Made by a program: the position numbers and the translations under genes. Positions 1-10,115 of a stretch of 30,625 nucleotides of DNA are shown here, one piece after another (position 1 is the first letter of the stretch; every line of letters begins with the position of its first letter). The stretch is taken from the NCBI GenBank assembly GCA_043826355.1, contig JBDRQI010000028.1:1-30625 (forward strand), in the 5' to 3' direction. Source of the stretch: Candidatus Omnitrophota bacterium. GTDB lineage: Bacteria; Ratteibacteria; UBA8468; MWAK01. Under the pieces are notes generated by a model, which saw only the letters and a list, made by a program, of their open reading frames with translations, made no database searches and was not told where the DNA came from.

Positions 1-221
1 GCAGCGAAGGATCTCTCTTTTAACTGCGGGATTCTTCGCAAGGTCGGCTCAGAATGACACCGGCTATCTGTCATCCTGAGCGCAGCGAAGGATCTCTCTT
101 TTAACTGCGGGATTCTTCGCAAGGTCGGCTCAGAATGACACCGGCTATCTGTCATCCTGAGCGCAGCGAAGGATCTCTCTTTTAACTGCGGGATTCTTCG
201 CAAGGTCGGCTCAGAATGACA
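1..221. repeat. Tandem array of identical 81-bp REP-doublet units (about 2.7 copies visible, cut by window edge)
   Basis: GCAGCGAAGGATCTCTC... recurs at 1, 82 and 163. Each unit has TGTCATCCTGAGCGCAGCGAAGGATCT and its inverted partner GATTCTTCGCAAGGTCGGCTCAGAATGACA. A degenerate half follows at ~222-243. Confidence 0.95.
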
Positions 222-256
222 TCGGATTTACTTAGAATGACAGCAAAAAAGGTATT

Positions 257-1273
257 TTACAGCGTGATAAACGAGGCGGCCAGGAATGTTTTTAACGTTT
301 TTCCGGCTTTCAGCGACAGGGCGTCGCCTTCTTTAATTGCCCGGGCAATGGTGGGCGGTCCGGAGAACGGCTCCAAAGCGATATTATAAGTTCTGCCCCA
401 CCACGGGTAATGGAAACTCCCGCCGGCAACCTGCCAATACCAGAGATGGCTGAACACCTTCGCATCCCATTCCATCATAAATGAGAGTTTTTTCTCCGGG
501 TTTTTAATCTGATAGCGTCCTTCCGGCAGGTTCGTCAGAAAGAACATATTGGAAACCTTATCTTTAAAAGAAGGGACTTCCCTGAGGTCAACCGGACCTT
601 TTTTGCCGGAGACGGTTGGCCATTTTCCCCTGCCGGACAGAAGGTTGGTGCGGGAAGCGCCGTCGCCCGCGAGGACCTCCACATTAGGGTTGCCGGGGAT
701 CTCCAGCCGGCAGGAATGGGAAAGGAATGGCGCGCCAAAAGCCGGGTGGTGACCCCAGAGGAACTCCATCTTTTCTTCAGACAGGTTGGTAACCGCTTCT
801 TCCAGAAAAAGCGCCGGCGTGTCTTTCTCTAAAGACAAGACCTTTTCCAGACGAAAAGGCGTGCGGCGGGTTTCCACCGACATTTTGACGGAGACCCGTT
901 GGGGGTTATCTTCCAGAACCTGGCAGTTCCAGGGAGACAGGGAGACCTCTCCGTGCTGCCCGATGCTCGCTCCTTTATATTCGGAAGCCGGGCCCGCGTT
1001 AGGCAGGATTTCCTGCCAGCCGCCCTCGTAATAATCCATAAAATTACCCTGGGCGCCCCCGCCGTTGGTAGCCAAAAACCATTCTTTTGACCGCAACCCC
1101 AAAGGACTTTCCCACATTATATCCAGGTCCAGTGGTTTATAACGGAATTCAATGATATCCGAACCTTTTTCCGGCAGGATGCTGACCCGCAGGTTTTGGT
1201 TTTCCAGGACCACCATACGCCAGCCCCGGAAGGTTAGTTCTGTTTCTACCCGACAGCCGATTTTGTTATGCAT
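257..1273 (-). CDS. Aldose 1-epimerase / galactose mutarotase-like protein
   Basis: Motifs LENQNLRVSILPEKGSDI, YEGGWQEILP, HGE, WGHHPAFG and ALEP. Start taken as ATG 1273 (MHNKIG); ORF track extends to 1297. Confidence 0.75.
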   Translation of the reverse strand: MHNKIGCRVETELTFRGWRMVVLENQNLRVSILPEKGSDIIEFRYKPLDLDIMWESPLGLRSKEWFLATNGGGAQGNFMDYYEGGWQEILPNAGPASEYKGASIGQHGEVSLSPWNCQVLEDNPQRVSVKMSVETRRTPFRLEKVLSLEKDTPALFLEEAVTNLSEEKMEFLWGHHPAFGAPFLSHSCRLEIPGNPNVEVLAGDGASRTNLLSGRGKWPTVSGKKGPVDLREVPSFKDKVSNMFFLTNLPEGRYQIKNPEKKLSFMMEWDAKVFSHLWYWQVAGGSFHYPWWGRTYNIALEPFSGPPTIARAIKEGDALSLKAGKTLKTFLAASFITL

Positions 1274-1289
1274 AATAATCCTTAATTGT

Positions 1290-1333
1290 CCCCTCACCTT
1301 TGTTCTCTCCCCGGAGAGGTGGGGGTGAAGGGG
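1290..1333. repeat. CCCCTCACC...CTCTCCCC-type palindromic intergenic repeat
   Basis: CCCTCACC pairs with GGTGAAGGG, with an inner CTCTCC/GGAGAG hairpin. Lies between prs and the epimerase gene. Confidence 0.55.
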
Positions 1334-1337
1334 TATT

Positions 1338-2273
1338 TTAGATAAACAGCGAACTGACCGAAGAAGAAAGGTGTATCCGTTTAATCGCTTCCCCGAGCAT
1401 TTCCGCCACCGACAGAACCTTGATTACCGGCAGTTTCTTTCCCGGCGGCAAAGGGATGGTGTTCGTAATTACCAGTTCTTCCAGCGGTGCGTTCTTGATT
1501 TTGGCGATGGCGTCTCCACAGAGCACCCCGTGCGTACAACTGGCATAAACCGCTACGGCGCCGTTCTTTTTCAGGACATCCACGGCTTCTATTATGGTTC
1601 CGCCGGTGGAGATTAAATCGTCAACCAGAATGGCGGTTTTGTTCCGGACGTTGCCGATCAGGTTTACTACTTCAACTTCGTCCGGGCCATCCCGTCTCTT
1701 ATCCACAATCGCCAGGTCAGCCCGCATCTTTTTGGCAAACGACCTGGCCATCTTAACGCTTCCCACGTCCGGCGCCACCACGACCGGGTTGGCCACTCCT
1801 TTGTTTTGAAAATATGCGGTCGTAATTGGTGCGGCAAAGAGATGGTCAACCGGAATGTCAAAAAATCCCTGGATTTGAGGTGCGTGCAGGTCCATGGTGA
1901 GAACCCGGCTTACTCCGCTGGCGGTAAGGAGGTTGGCGACCAGTTTTGCGGTTATGGGAACTCTGGGCTTGTCCTTACGGTCTTGCCGGGCATAACCAAA
2001 ATAGGGGATGACCGCAGTTATTCTTTCCGCGCTGGCGCGGCGGAAAGCATCAATCATAACCAGGAGTTCCATCAGGTTTTCATTGACCGGCGGGGAAGTA
2101 GATTGTACCACAAATACATCCTTGCCTCTTACGTTTTCTTCGATCGCAATCGAAATTTCCCCGTCGCTGAAATGGTTTTGGGTCATCCTTCCCAAACTCT
2201 TTTCCAGGTAACCGGCGATACTGGCGCTTAAAGCAGTGTTAGCACTGCCGCTGAAGATAAGACAATTATTCAT
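1338..2273 (-). CDS. prs: Ribose-phosphate pyrophosphokinase
   Basis: FSDGE, PYFGYARQDRK, MDLHAPQIQGFF, VAPDVG and ILVDDLISTGGT motifs; 311 aa; adjacent to glmU as is common. Confidence 0.97.
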   Translation of the reverse strand: MNNCLIFSGSANTALSASIAGYLEKSLGRMTQNHFSDGEISIAIEENVRGKDVFVVQSTSPPVNENLMELLVMIDAFRRASAERITAVIPYFGYARQDRKDKPRVPITAKLVANLLTASGVSRVLTMDLHAPQIQGFFDIPVDHLFAAPITTAYFQNKGVANPVVVAPDVGSVKMARSFAKKMRADLAIVDKRRDGPDEVEVVNLIGNVRNKTAILVDDLISTGGTIIEAVDVLKKNGAVAVYASCTHGVLCGDAIAKIKNAPLEELVITNTIPLPPGKKLPVIKVLSVAEMLGEAIKRIHLSSSVSSLFI

Positions 2274-3012
2274 TCATCCTCCTTACGGCTAAGATTCTTT
2301 GGGCAATTTTCAGGTCAGCCGGAGTGTTGACCCCCAGGACCTCTTCCGGTTCTTCGGCGAGGCAGGCGGCAATATGTTCACCGCTGTCACGGAGAATCCG
2401 GATTGCGTCGGTAAGGTAGTATTCGCCCTTGACATTATCCGGTTTTATCAGGGAAAGACTGCGGAAAAGTTTTGGGGCTGAAAAAAGGTAAACGCCGGAA
2501 TTTATCTCTTTAATGCGTTTTTCCTCAGGCCGGGCGTCTGTTTCTTCCACGATCGCTTCTACCTCGCCGGCGCCGTTACGCTTAATCCGGCCGTAACCGA
2601 AAGGATTTTTCACAATGGCTGTAAGAATGGTAACCGCCGTTTGTCTTTGCCGGTGCAGTTTCAGAAGGGATTTCAGCGTTTTTGTCTGCAGGAGCGGGGT
2701 GTCTCCGCATAAAATAAGAACATCCCCGCGGTAATCTTTGATAATTTTTTCCGTTTGCTTTACCGCGTCACCGGTTCCCAGGGGTTTTAATTGTTCCACA
2801 AACTCTACGCCGTTTCCGGTCAGGTTATTCTTAACCGCTTCTTTCTGGTGTCCGACCACCACCAGGATTTTATCCGGGTCCAGATTCTGCGCTATTTCCA
2901 CGATGTGGAAGATCATCGATTTGCCGAAAATGGTGTGCAGGACCTTTTGAACGGAAGATTCCATCCGGGTGCCTTTGCCTGCGGCAAGTATTACAACACT
3001 GAAGTTATTCAT
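2266..3012 (-). CDS. glmU: GlmU-like N-acetylglucosamine-1-phosphate uridylyltransferase, N-terminal domain only
   Basis: LAAGKGTRM, LGTGDAV, GDTPL, GYGRI, EINSG, GEYYLTD and GVN motifs. Ends at 248 aa with no hexapeptide acetyltransferase domain; stop overlaps prs start. Confidence 0.85.
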   Translation of the reverse strand: MNNFSVVILAAGKGTRMESSVQKVLHTIFGKSMIFHIVEIAQNLDPDKILVVVGHQKEAVKNNLTGNGVEFVEQLKPLGTGDAVKQTEKIIKDYRGDVLILCGDTPLLQTKTLKSLLKLHRQRQTAVTILTAIVKNPFGYGRIKRNGAGEVEAIVEETDARPEEKRIKEINSGVYLFSAPKLFRSLSLIKPDNVKGEYYLTDAIRILRDSGEHIAACLAEEPEEVLGVNTPADLKIAQRILAVRRMNE

Positions 3013-3047
3013 TGGGTTTGTTGTCTTGGTGGCCTCCGACTTTATAA

Positions 3048-3098
3048 ATTATACCATTACCCGCTTGTACTTGACAATATTTCAGGATATGCTAAAAT
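3048..3098. promoter_or_regulatory. Back-to-back sigma70-type promoters with overlapping -35 boxes
   Basis: Plus strand: TTGACA(3071-3076)-16-TAAAAT(3093-3098) with TGn extension. Minus strand: TTGTCA(3077-3072)-18-TATAAT(3053-3048) with TGn extension, toward glmU-prs. Confidence 0.7.
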
Positions 3099-3146
3099 AT
3101 AGGAATGTAAAGTTTCAATTTCTTTTTGAAGGAGGTGAAGACAGAA

Positions 3147-3317
3147 ATGGCAGAACAAAAGAAAAGCAGCAGCGCGGTGATCGTGATTCTAATCGTGATC
3201 ATCGTTATCGCCATTGTGTTGGCCGTAGCGAGAGCGAAGAAATCTGCTCCAACCGTGACTCCGGTTATGCCGATAGAAACTATGCCGCCAGCTATACCGC
3301 AGCCTCCGGTTGAATAA
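3147..3317 (+). CDS. Small single-pass membrane protein (56 aa) with Pro-rich tail
   Basis: Perfect SD AAGGAGGTGA at 3129-3138 and ATG at 3147. Hydrophobic run AVIVILIVIIVIAIVLAVA flanked by Lys; promoter upstream. Confidence 0.8.
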   Translation: MAEQKKSSSAVIVILIVIIVIAIVLAVARAKKSAPTVTPVMPIETMPPAIPQPPVE

Positions 3318-3335
3318 GATAATTACAACAACAAT

Positions 3336-3365
3336 TTGACAGGAAACCCTTTTTTACAATAAAAT
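3336..3365 (+). promoter_or_regulatory. Putative rRNA promoter
   Basis: TTGACA(3336-3341)-18-TAAAAT(3360-3365). A boxA-like GTTCATTGACAA lies at ~3396-3407. Confidence 0.6.
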
Positions 3366-3439
3366 AAAGGGCAGATTTTTTCGCAGTTCCACAGAGTTCA
3401 TTGACAAAATATAGGTGTGTGACAGCTTTGCGTTTTGTA

Positions 3440-5023
<1,584 letters not shown>

Positions 5024-5140
5024 AAAGAGGAAATCGAAGCACGCGGAGCTAAAACTCCGTAACGAAAGAAGCCGAGGTGATAGAATTTCGGTGTGTTTTA
5101 AAAAAACAAAAAAGCGGTTGCACACCTATATTGTTTTAAC

Positions 5141-5179
5141 AAAAGAGCGACGGGAGTGGTATAGTCTTGTCGCTTTTTT
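5141..5179 (+). terminator. Intrinsic terminator-like hairpin after the 16S processing stem
   Basis: GAGCGACGGGA / TCTTGTCGCTT stem followed by a T run and preceded by an A run. Confidence 0.6.
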
Positions 5180-5207
5180 GTTATGTTGGGCAAAAAATAG
5201 TAAGACT

Positions 5208-5320
5208 GGTTGGATTCAAACAGAGAGTAAGGCGGCAAGGATGAAGCGAGGAAAACGTACTCAAAGTACGTTGACGAAGTTTCTGACGAAGCCAACGATG
5301 CTATATGTTTGAAGACAGCC
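5208..5320. repeat. RPE/MITE-like palindromic element in the 16S-tRNA spacer
   Basis: Terminal inverted repeats TTCAAACA(5215-5222)/TGTTTGAA(5306-5313) and central hairpin AACGTACT-CAA-AGTACGTT (5254-5272). Confidence 0.6.
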
Positions 5321-5326
5321 GGTATT

Positions 5327-5399
5327 GGGCTCATAGCTCAGTTGGCAGAGCACTGTGCTGATAACGCAGGGGTGGAAGGTTCGAATCCTTCTGAGCCCA
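5327..5399 (+). tRNA. tRNA-Ile (GAT)
   Basis: Acceptor GGGCTCA/TGAGCCC, D arm TAGCTCAGTTGGCAGAGC, anticodon stem CTGTG/CGCAG with loop CT-GAT-AA (5360-5362), T loop GTTCGAATC. CCA not fully encoded. Confidence 0.97.
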
Positions 5400-5402
5400 C
5401 TT

Positions 5403-5540
5403 TTACGCTTTCTTGACAGAAGGATTCGAACGGAGCGAAGTAGGGGATTGCGACCGGTTAGGGAGCAATACCAGCGGGGGGCCGAGTCGAACGTGTTGAA
5501 GTGAGACCGCCGAATCCGTTTTCTTTTTCTGAGCCCACTT
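5403..5540. repeat. tRNA-linked element with inverted and direct copies of the tRNA 3' end
   Basis: CAGAAGGATTCGAAC (5417-5431) is the reverse complement of 5379-5393. TTCTGAGCCCACTT at 5527-5540 repeats 5389-5402. CGAATCC recurs at 5511-5517. Confidence 0.8.
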
Positions 5541-5602
5541 ACGTTAAAGCTTCGGTGGGTAAACCTACTTGTAAGCTCGCCACAAAAGGGAAAAGAAAAA
5601 TC

Positions 5603-6682
5603 ATGAAACTCGACAACAAATATTTGGCGTTTATGGGTTTAGCCCCTAAAATTATTCCACACTGGGAGCATTGGTCTAACCCCGATGCCGAAACTTATAT
5701 TACCGGCATTGATTACTACGAGCATCCGCGGCTTTGCCGCTTGAAGATGAAGGAGCTTTATCCGCAGCTTGGTCTTGGTATTCCGGAAAAAGACGATTCG
5801 AAACCAAGACCCGACCAACAGGATGACAAGACTAAAGGCCGCTGGGGCGACAGCTATCGCGACCATTGGCAGCAGGACGTGGCCGGCCGGCGCTTCAAGT
5901 CAAAGGAAGAGATGTTGCGTTTCAGTCCTCTGGCGCAGGGTGATTTCCGGGGGTGGAATGTGGTAGAGGACCATGATTACCGAAGCGAAGAGGCGTTCTA
6001 TCAGGAGTATCGGAAAAATTTCCCTGTTGAATGGGGCGACAAAGCCCCGGAAGGTTCCGCCACGGCAAGCGTTGGGTTCTATAATACAATATTCATGTGG
6101 CCATTACTGGTTTTTGGGTATGAGAATTTCCTCTCAATCTGCCTGGAGCCGGAGTTTGACCGCATCATGGATGAATTTGCCGAGATTAACCGCCGCGTGT
6201 TCCGGGCATTCGCCCGATTGCCGGTCAACTTCGTGGTGTGCCATGATGACATTGTGTTATCCAGCGGACCGGTCTGCAGTCCGGCCTGGATGAAGAAGTA
6301 CATCTTTCCCCGATACGAAGAGTTATGGGGAATCGTTAAAGCATCCGGAAAGGAAGTAATTTTTATGTCGGATGGCTGCGTAGATGCGTTTGCCGAAGAT
6401 GTAATGGCTTGCGGCGCCCGCGGCATCATTTCGGAACCGTATACAAACTACAAAGTTATCGCCCGCAAGCATAAAGATTGTTTTCTGGCCGGCGAAGGGG
6501 ATGTGCGCATTTTGATGCGTAACAAGCCCGATGAGATTCGTGTCATGGTGAAGAATATGGTTGAAACGGCAAAGATGACCGGCGGTTATATGATGTGTAT
6601 CGGGAACCATATTCCCTGGAATGCGCCGCCGGAAGCCGTTAAGACATATTTGGATCTTTCAGCAGAGCTGGCACACCGATAG
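5603..6682 (+). CDS. Uroporphyrinogen decarboxylase (URO-D/MtaA) superfamily protein
   Basis: HDDI, SPAWMKKYIFPRYEEL, FMSDG and GGYMMCIGNHIP motifs typical of URO-D-like barrels. Start taken as ATG 5603 (MKLDNK). Confidence 0.75.
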   Translation: MKLDNKYLAFMGLAPKIIPHWEHWSNPDAETYITGIDYYEHPRLCRLKMKELYPQLGLGIPEKDDSKPRPDQQDDKTKGRWGDSYRDHWQQDVAGRRFKSKEEMLRFSPLAQGDFRGWNVVEDHDYRSEEAFYQEYRKNFPVEWGDKAPEGSATASVGFYNTIFMWPLLVFGYENFLSICLEPEFDRIMDEFAEINRRVFRAFARLPVNFVVCHDDIVLSSGPVCSPAWMKKYIFPRYEELWGIVKASGKEVIFMSDGCVDAFAEDVMACGARGIISEPYTNYKVIARKHKDCFLAGEGDVRILMRNKPDEIRVMVKNMVETAKMTGGYMMCIGNHIPWNAPPEAVKTYLDLSAELAHR

Positions 6683-6693
6683 TTCTTTTTGAT

Positions 6694-7278
6694 ATGATAA
6701 TAATCGACAATATTATCGTCAGCGACGAGATTGTTCAGGAATATTTTTGCTGTCACCTCGAGGTTTGCCACGGTCTCTGCTGCGTCAGCGGTAAAGGCGG
6801 CGCCGCTTTGACTGCTTCGGAGGTTGAGGTTTACGAAAATAATTACCGGGAAATCGCCGATTTTTTGACTAAGGAAGGGGTAAAAACGGTTGAGAACCAG
6901 GGTGCGTGCGAACGGTCGGGAAGCGGTTCTTTTGCCACTCCTCTTCTGGAATCAGGCGAATGCGCCTACGCCGTCAACGAAAACGGCGTCATATTCTGCG
7001 GTTTGGAGCGGGCCGCGGATAAAAGTAATTCCCGGATACACCGGCCGATTTCCTGCCTGTTGTACCCGGTCAGAATTGCCGAGCGGCCGCCTTTTGAAAT
7101 TCTGCGTTTTAACCACTGGGATATCTGTCGTGACGCCCGGGCTTACGGCCGGAAAAAGAATATCCGGGTCTACCAGTTCGTGAAGGAAGGGTTAATCAAG
7201 CGTTTCGGACGTTTCGGGGAAGAGTTTTACCGCCGTCTTTCGGAGTTGGCGGAAAAACAGAATAATTGTACGGGGTAA
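6694..7278 (+). CDS. DUF3109-like Cys-rich protein (putative Fe-S/Zn binding)
   Basis: FCCxLxxCxGxCCVxGxxGA, ECAY, CGLE, RPISCLLYPVR and HWDIC pattern. Confidence 0.75.
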   Translation: MIIIDNIIVSDEIVQEYFCCHLEVCHGLCCVSGKGGAALTASEVEVYENNYREIADFLTKEGVKTVENQGACERSGSGSFATPLLESGECAYAVNENGVIFCGLERAADKSNSRIHRPISCLLYPVRIAERPPFEILRFNHWDICRDARAYGRKKNIRVYQFVKEGLIKRFGRFGEEFYRRLSELAEKQNNCTG

Positions 7279-8565
7279 TTAGCGGGGGCAAAAGTCGGTT
7301 TTATTACCTGCCGCAGCGCTTTTTCCGCAGGATTCGCTTATGAAAAAAGAAGCGTAAAAGGAAATGGCGGTCAGCGCCAGGCAACCGATAAATACCGAAA
7401 GATACGCCTGGGAGGGGTATATGACGGACTCTCCGGTTTTAATCGCCGCAGAACGAAAAAAATCCAGTCCGGCTCCGGCCAGGCTGGTAACCATCGCAAC
7501 CGAAAGATAAGCAATTCCATTCAGGAAACCGACCGCAGTCGCAGCCGCTTCCACCGGATTCAACTCTTTCATCAAAGTTATGCTGACCGGTGAAGAGCCG
7601 GTTGACACGGCCAGGAGCGTGTAACCGAAAAGAAACCAGGCGCTGCTGAACCGGCAGGCCAAAGCGATCGTAAAAAGAACAAGCGTAAAAAAAGTAAGGC
7701 CGCTTGCAAAAATCAGAATCGGTTTTCTTCGACCGATGACCCGGGATAAAAAACCGCTGGATAAAAGAGAAAAAATAGTGATAGACATCATCGTAAAAGT
7801 AAATGCGGCCGCGGTTCCCGAAGTCAATTGGTAAAAATCCTGAAGAAATTTTTTCCCGAACACGGCCTGGAACAAAAAGTAGGCGGAAAAGTTAGTGGAA
7901 TGGCAGAAGATTAAAGGTACGGTGTTTTTGTTGCGGATGATGTTTCGAATGTACCGCAGGGAAAAACCATTCTTTTTTTGTTGAAAAACCCTCTCTGATT
8001 TTTTCAGTAGAAAGAAAGCGTGCATTAGGGGAAGCAGACAAAGAATGCTTAAAACCATCATGGGGGTACGCCAGCCAAAAAGACGTACGGTACGTTCAAA
8101 AGGGAGCGTGCCGAAGAGTCCGCCGGAATAGCCGAGAGCCGTGGATAGACCAAGAAACAAAGGAAAATTATGATTGTCAAAAAGTCCGTCCAGTTTTTTA
8201 ACGATACTTACGTAGATCAGGCTGGAGCCGAGTCCCACCAGGCCGCGGTTTATGTAAAGGACCGGCAAGGAACGGGACAAAGAAAAGAAGATGGAACCGA
8301 TGGTTAAAACCGCTCCGCCGGCCAGGAGTATCCGGTTGGCTCCGATACGGTCAGCCGTTATGCCCACAAAAAATTGCATCCCGCCGTAAATGAAGTAAAA
8401 GATCGTGCCGAGCGCGGCAACTGCGGAGGCGGAAGTCAAAAAAGAGATCTGGAGTTCATTGAATATTGTTCCCGGAACCGCCACCCGCTGAAAATAAGAA
8501 AAGAAATAGATGGCGTTAATTGAAATAAAGATGCGGATTACTGTTTTTTTACTGTTTTTGAGCAT
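7279..8565 (-). CDS. MFS transporter
   Basis: About 12 hydrophobic segments, motif-A-like GITADRIGANR, N-terminal YFFSYFQRV; 428 aa. Confidence 0.9.
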   Translation of the reverse strand: MLKNSKKTVIRIFISINAIYFFSYFQRVAVPGTIFNELQISFLTSASAVAALGTIFYFIYGGMQFFVGITADRIGANRILLAGGAVLTIGSIFFSLSRSLPVLYINRGLVGLGSSLIYVSIVKKLDGLFDNHNFPLFLGLSTALGYSGGLFGTLPFERTVRLFGWRTPMMVLSILCLLPLMHAFFLLKKSERVFQQKKNGFSLRYIRNIIRNKNTVPLIFCHSTNFSAYFLFQAVFGKKFLQDFYQLTSGTAAAFTFTMMSITIFSLLSSGFLSRVIGRRKPILIFASGLTFFTLVLFTIALACRFSSAWFLFGYTLLAVSTGSSPVSITLMKELNPVEAAATAVGFLNGIAYLSVAMVTSLAGAGLDFFRSAAIKTGESVIYPSQAYLSVFIGCLALTAISFYASFFISESCGKSAAAGNKTDFCPR

Positions 8566-8580
8566 GTTTTCCGGATAAGA

Positions 8581-10023
8581 CTACTCAAACAGAAAGGAAA
8601 GATTTTCGGGAAGTTCTTCCTGCCGGAAGAATTTCTGGGCGAGGAGTTCGATGTCATCCACCGCCTCTTTAGGTCCGGTGGCGATTATGTTGCAAAACCT
8701 GGTTCCGGATTTTTTCCGAATCTCCGCACGAAAAGTTTCCAGAACTGATATGATTGTTTCCGGAGTGTAATTTTTTCCTTTCACCGCCAGCGGTTTTTCT
8801 CTCGTTTCCAGCTCGTTGATTACCGTACCGGCGGAGACTGCAATCTGGCTTTCTTTATCGGAAAGGCCGATTACCCGGTCAATCGCCTCGGTCATGGTAA
8901 GCATGGAAAGCATGCTGTCTGCCTTGAATTTTTCACCACCCACCTCAAAAATAACTGCCCCGTAGCGCTGGCAAATTTTATAAATCCAAGTCATCGGCCG
9001 GGCGTGGATGCCGTCAACGCCAACCGGAATTTTAATCGTTCGCCGGATCTTTCCGGTGCTTTTGGTTAAAAGGTCTAAAGCCAGATCTATGCCTGATTTA
9101 CCGTAGCGGACAAGATGCTTCAAAGCAAAATCAATGATGGCGGAGAGCAAGTATTTTTCATCAATTAAATCCGCAAGTTTACGCCTGATTACCGGGTCTT
9201 TGGTGGTCAGCAAGTGACGCTCGTAGAAATGGGTCAGATCTTTGGTGATTTCGCACAGCCGCAGGCCCATGGCAATGTGACCCCGCAGACTCCAGAAGTC
9301 CGGTTCGTTCTTTTCCAGGAGTGTACCGTGGATGTGGCTGTCGTAAAAACTTTCCAGGGTATGGAAACCGCTTAAAGTTTGGCCTATTTCCCGTTCGTTG
9401 ATAACCGTCTTTTTTTGTACGATATTCTCCTGGAACAAGACGAGAGATTCAACGACACTGATGAATTCAGTGGTTAGGAGTTCTACGGAAGTTGTTTCGG
9501 TGTCCGTTTCGGTTACGGACCGGTTTTTTTCCAGCCGGGTTTGGCCCTGAAGTTTTATATAGGGATTGGCGGTTGCTTTTTCCGGTTGGGGCACCTCGTA
9601 TTTTTCCATTACCCCGAGCGCTTCGGCGCAAAGTCGATGTATTACCTGGTAGAAGTATGTGAGAACCTTTTCCGCTTCGGGCAGCAGTCGGTTTTTTCCC
9701 TCCCGGCTTTCTTTAAGTTGCCGCGTGTCATAACGGTCAATAACACCTTCTTCCAGGGTAAAAGCAGCCCGGCAGAACCAGCGGATGCCGGCCAGCAATT
9801 CCCGGAAAAAAAAGAGTTCATTGGTGAAGGCTTCGGCACTATCAAGAATAGTTTCTAATTCGTGGGATTCCCAGCGGAGATAATTAAGGAAATAACGGCC
9901 GGTCTTTTCCTTTGTTTTCAAAAAGTATCCGGCCAGAAAAAAGAATTCCGGGTTGGTAGAGCAGAGGTTAATAAGAAAAACACGGGCGGAGATACGATTT
10001 TGGATGACGTAATTTTGCGCCAT
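8581..10023 (-). CDS. Large protein with C-terminal HPr-like phosphocarrier domain
   Basis: GIHARP (HPr His15 motif) near residue 340 and KADSMLSMLTM (Ser46-like). Preceded by ~320 aa of unassigned, predicted helical sequence. Confidence 0.7.
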   Translation of the reverse strand: MAQNYVIQNRISARVFLINLCSTNPEFFFLAGYFLKTKEKTGRYFLNYLRWESHELETILDSAEAFTNELFFFRELLAGIRWFCRAAFTLEEGVIDRYDTRQLKESREGKNRLLPEAEKVLTYFYQVIHRLCAEALGVMEKYEVPQPEKATANPYIKLQGQTRLEKNRSVTETDTETTSVELLTTEFISVVESLVLFQENIVQKKTVINEREIGQTLSGFHTLESFYDSHIHGTLLEKNEPDFWSLRGHIAMGLRLCEITKDLTHFYERHLLTTKDPVIRRKLADLIDEKYLLSAIIDFALKHLVRYGKSGIDLALDLLTKSTGKIRRTIKIPVGVDGIHARPMTWIYKICQRYGAVIFEVGGEKFKADSMLSMLTMTEAIDRVIGLSDKESQIAVSAGTVINELETREKPLAVKGKNYTPETIISVLETFRAEIRKKSGTRFCNIIATGPKEAVDDIELLAQKFFRQEELPENLSFLFE

Positions 10024-10027
10024 AGGA

Positions 10028-10105
10028 AAATTAGGGACAGCCCCCTAATTTTTAATTTCCGGCGTGAAACTAAAATCAGCAAAATTAGGGGGCTGTCCCT
10101 AATTT
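10028..10105. repeat. REP doublet: perfect 25-bp inverted repeat of a self-palindromic unit
   Basis: AAATTAGGGACAGCCCCCTAATTTT (10028-10052) and AAAATTAGGGGGCTGTCCCTAATTT (10081-10105). Confidence 0.85.
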
Positions 10106-10115
10106 CTAATAATTT

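Noticed and set aside
1..221. CRISPR array
   Set aside because: Units are entirely identical with no unique spacers and no cas genes; the motif matches dispersed REP doublets.
5501..5602. N-terminal extension of the URO-D-like ORF from GTG 5501
   Set aside because: It runs through the tRNA-derived repeat; ATG 5603 behind a purine-rich tract is more plausible.
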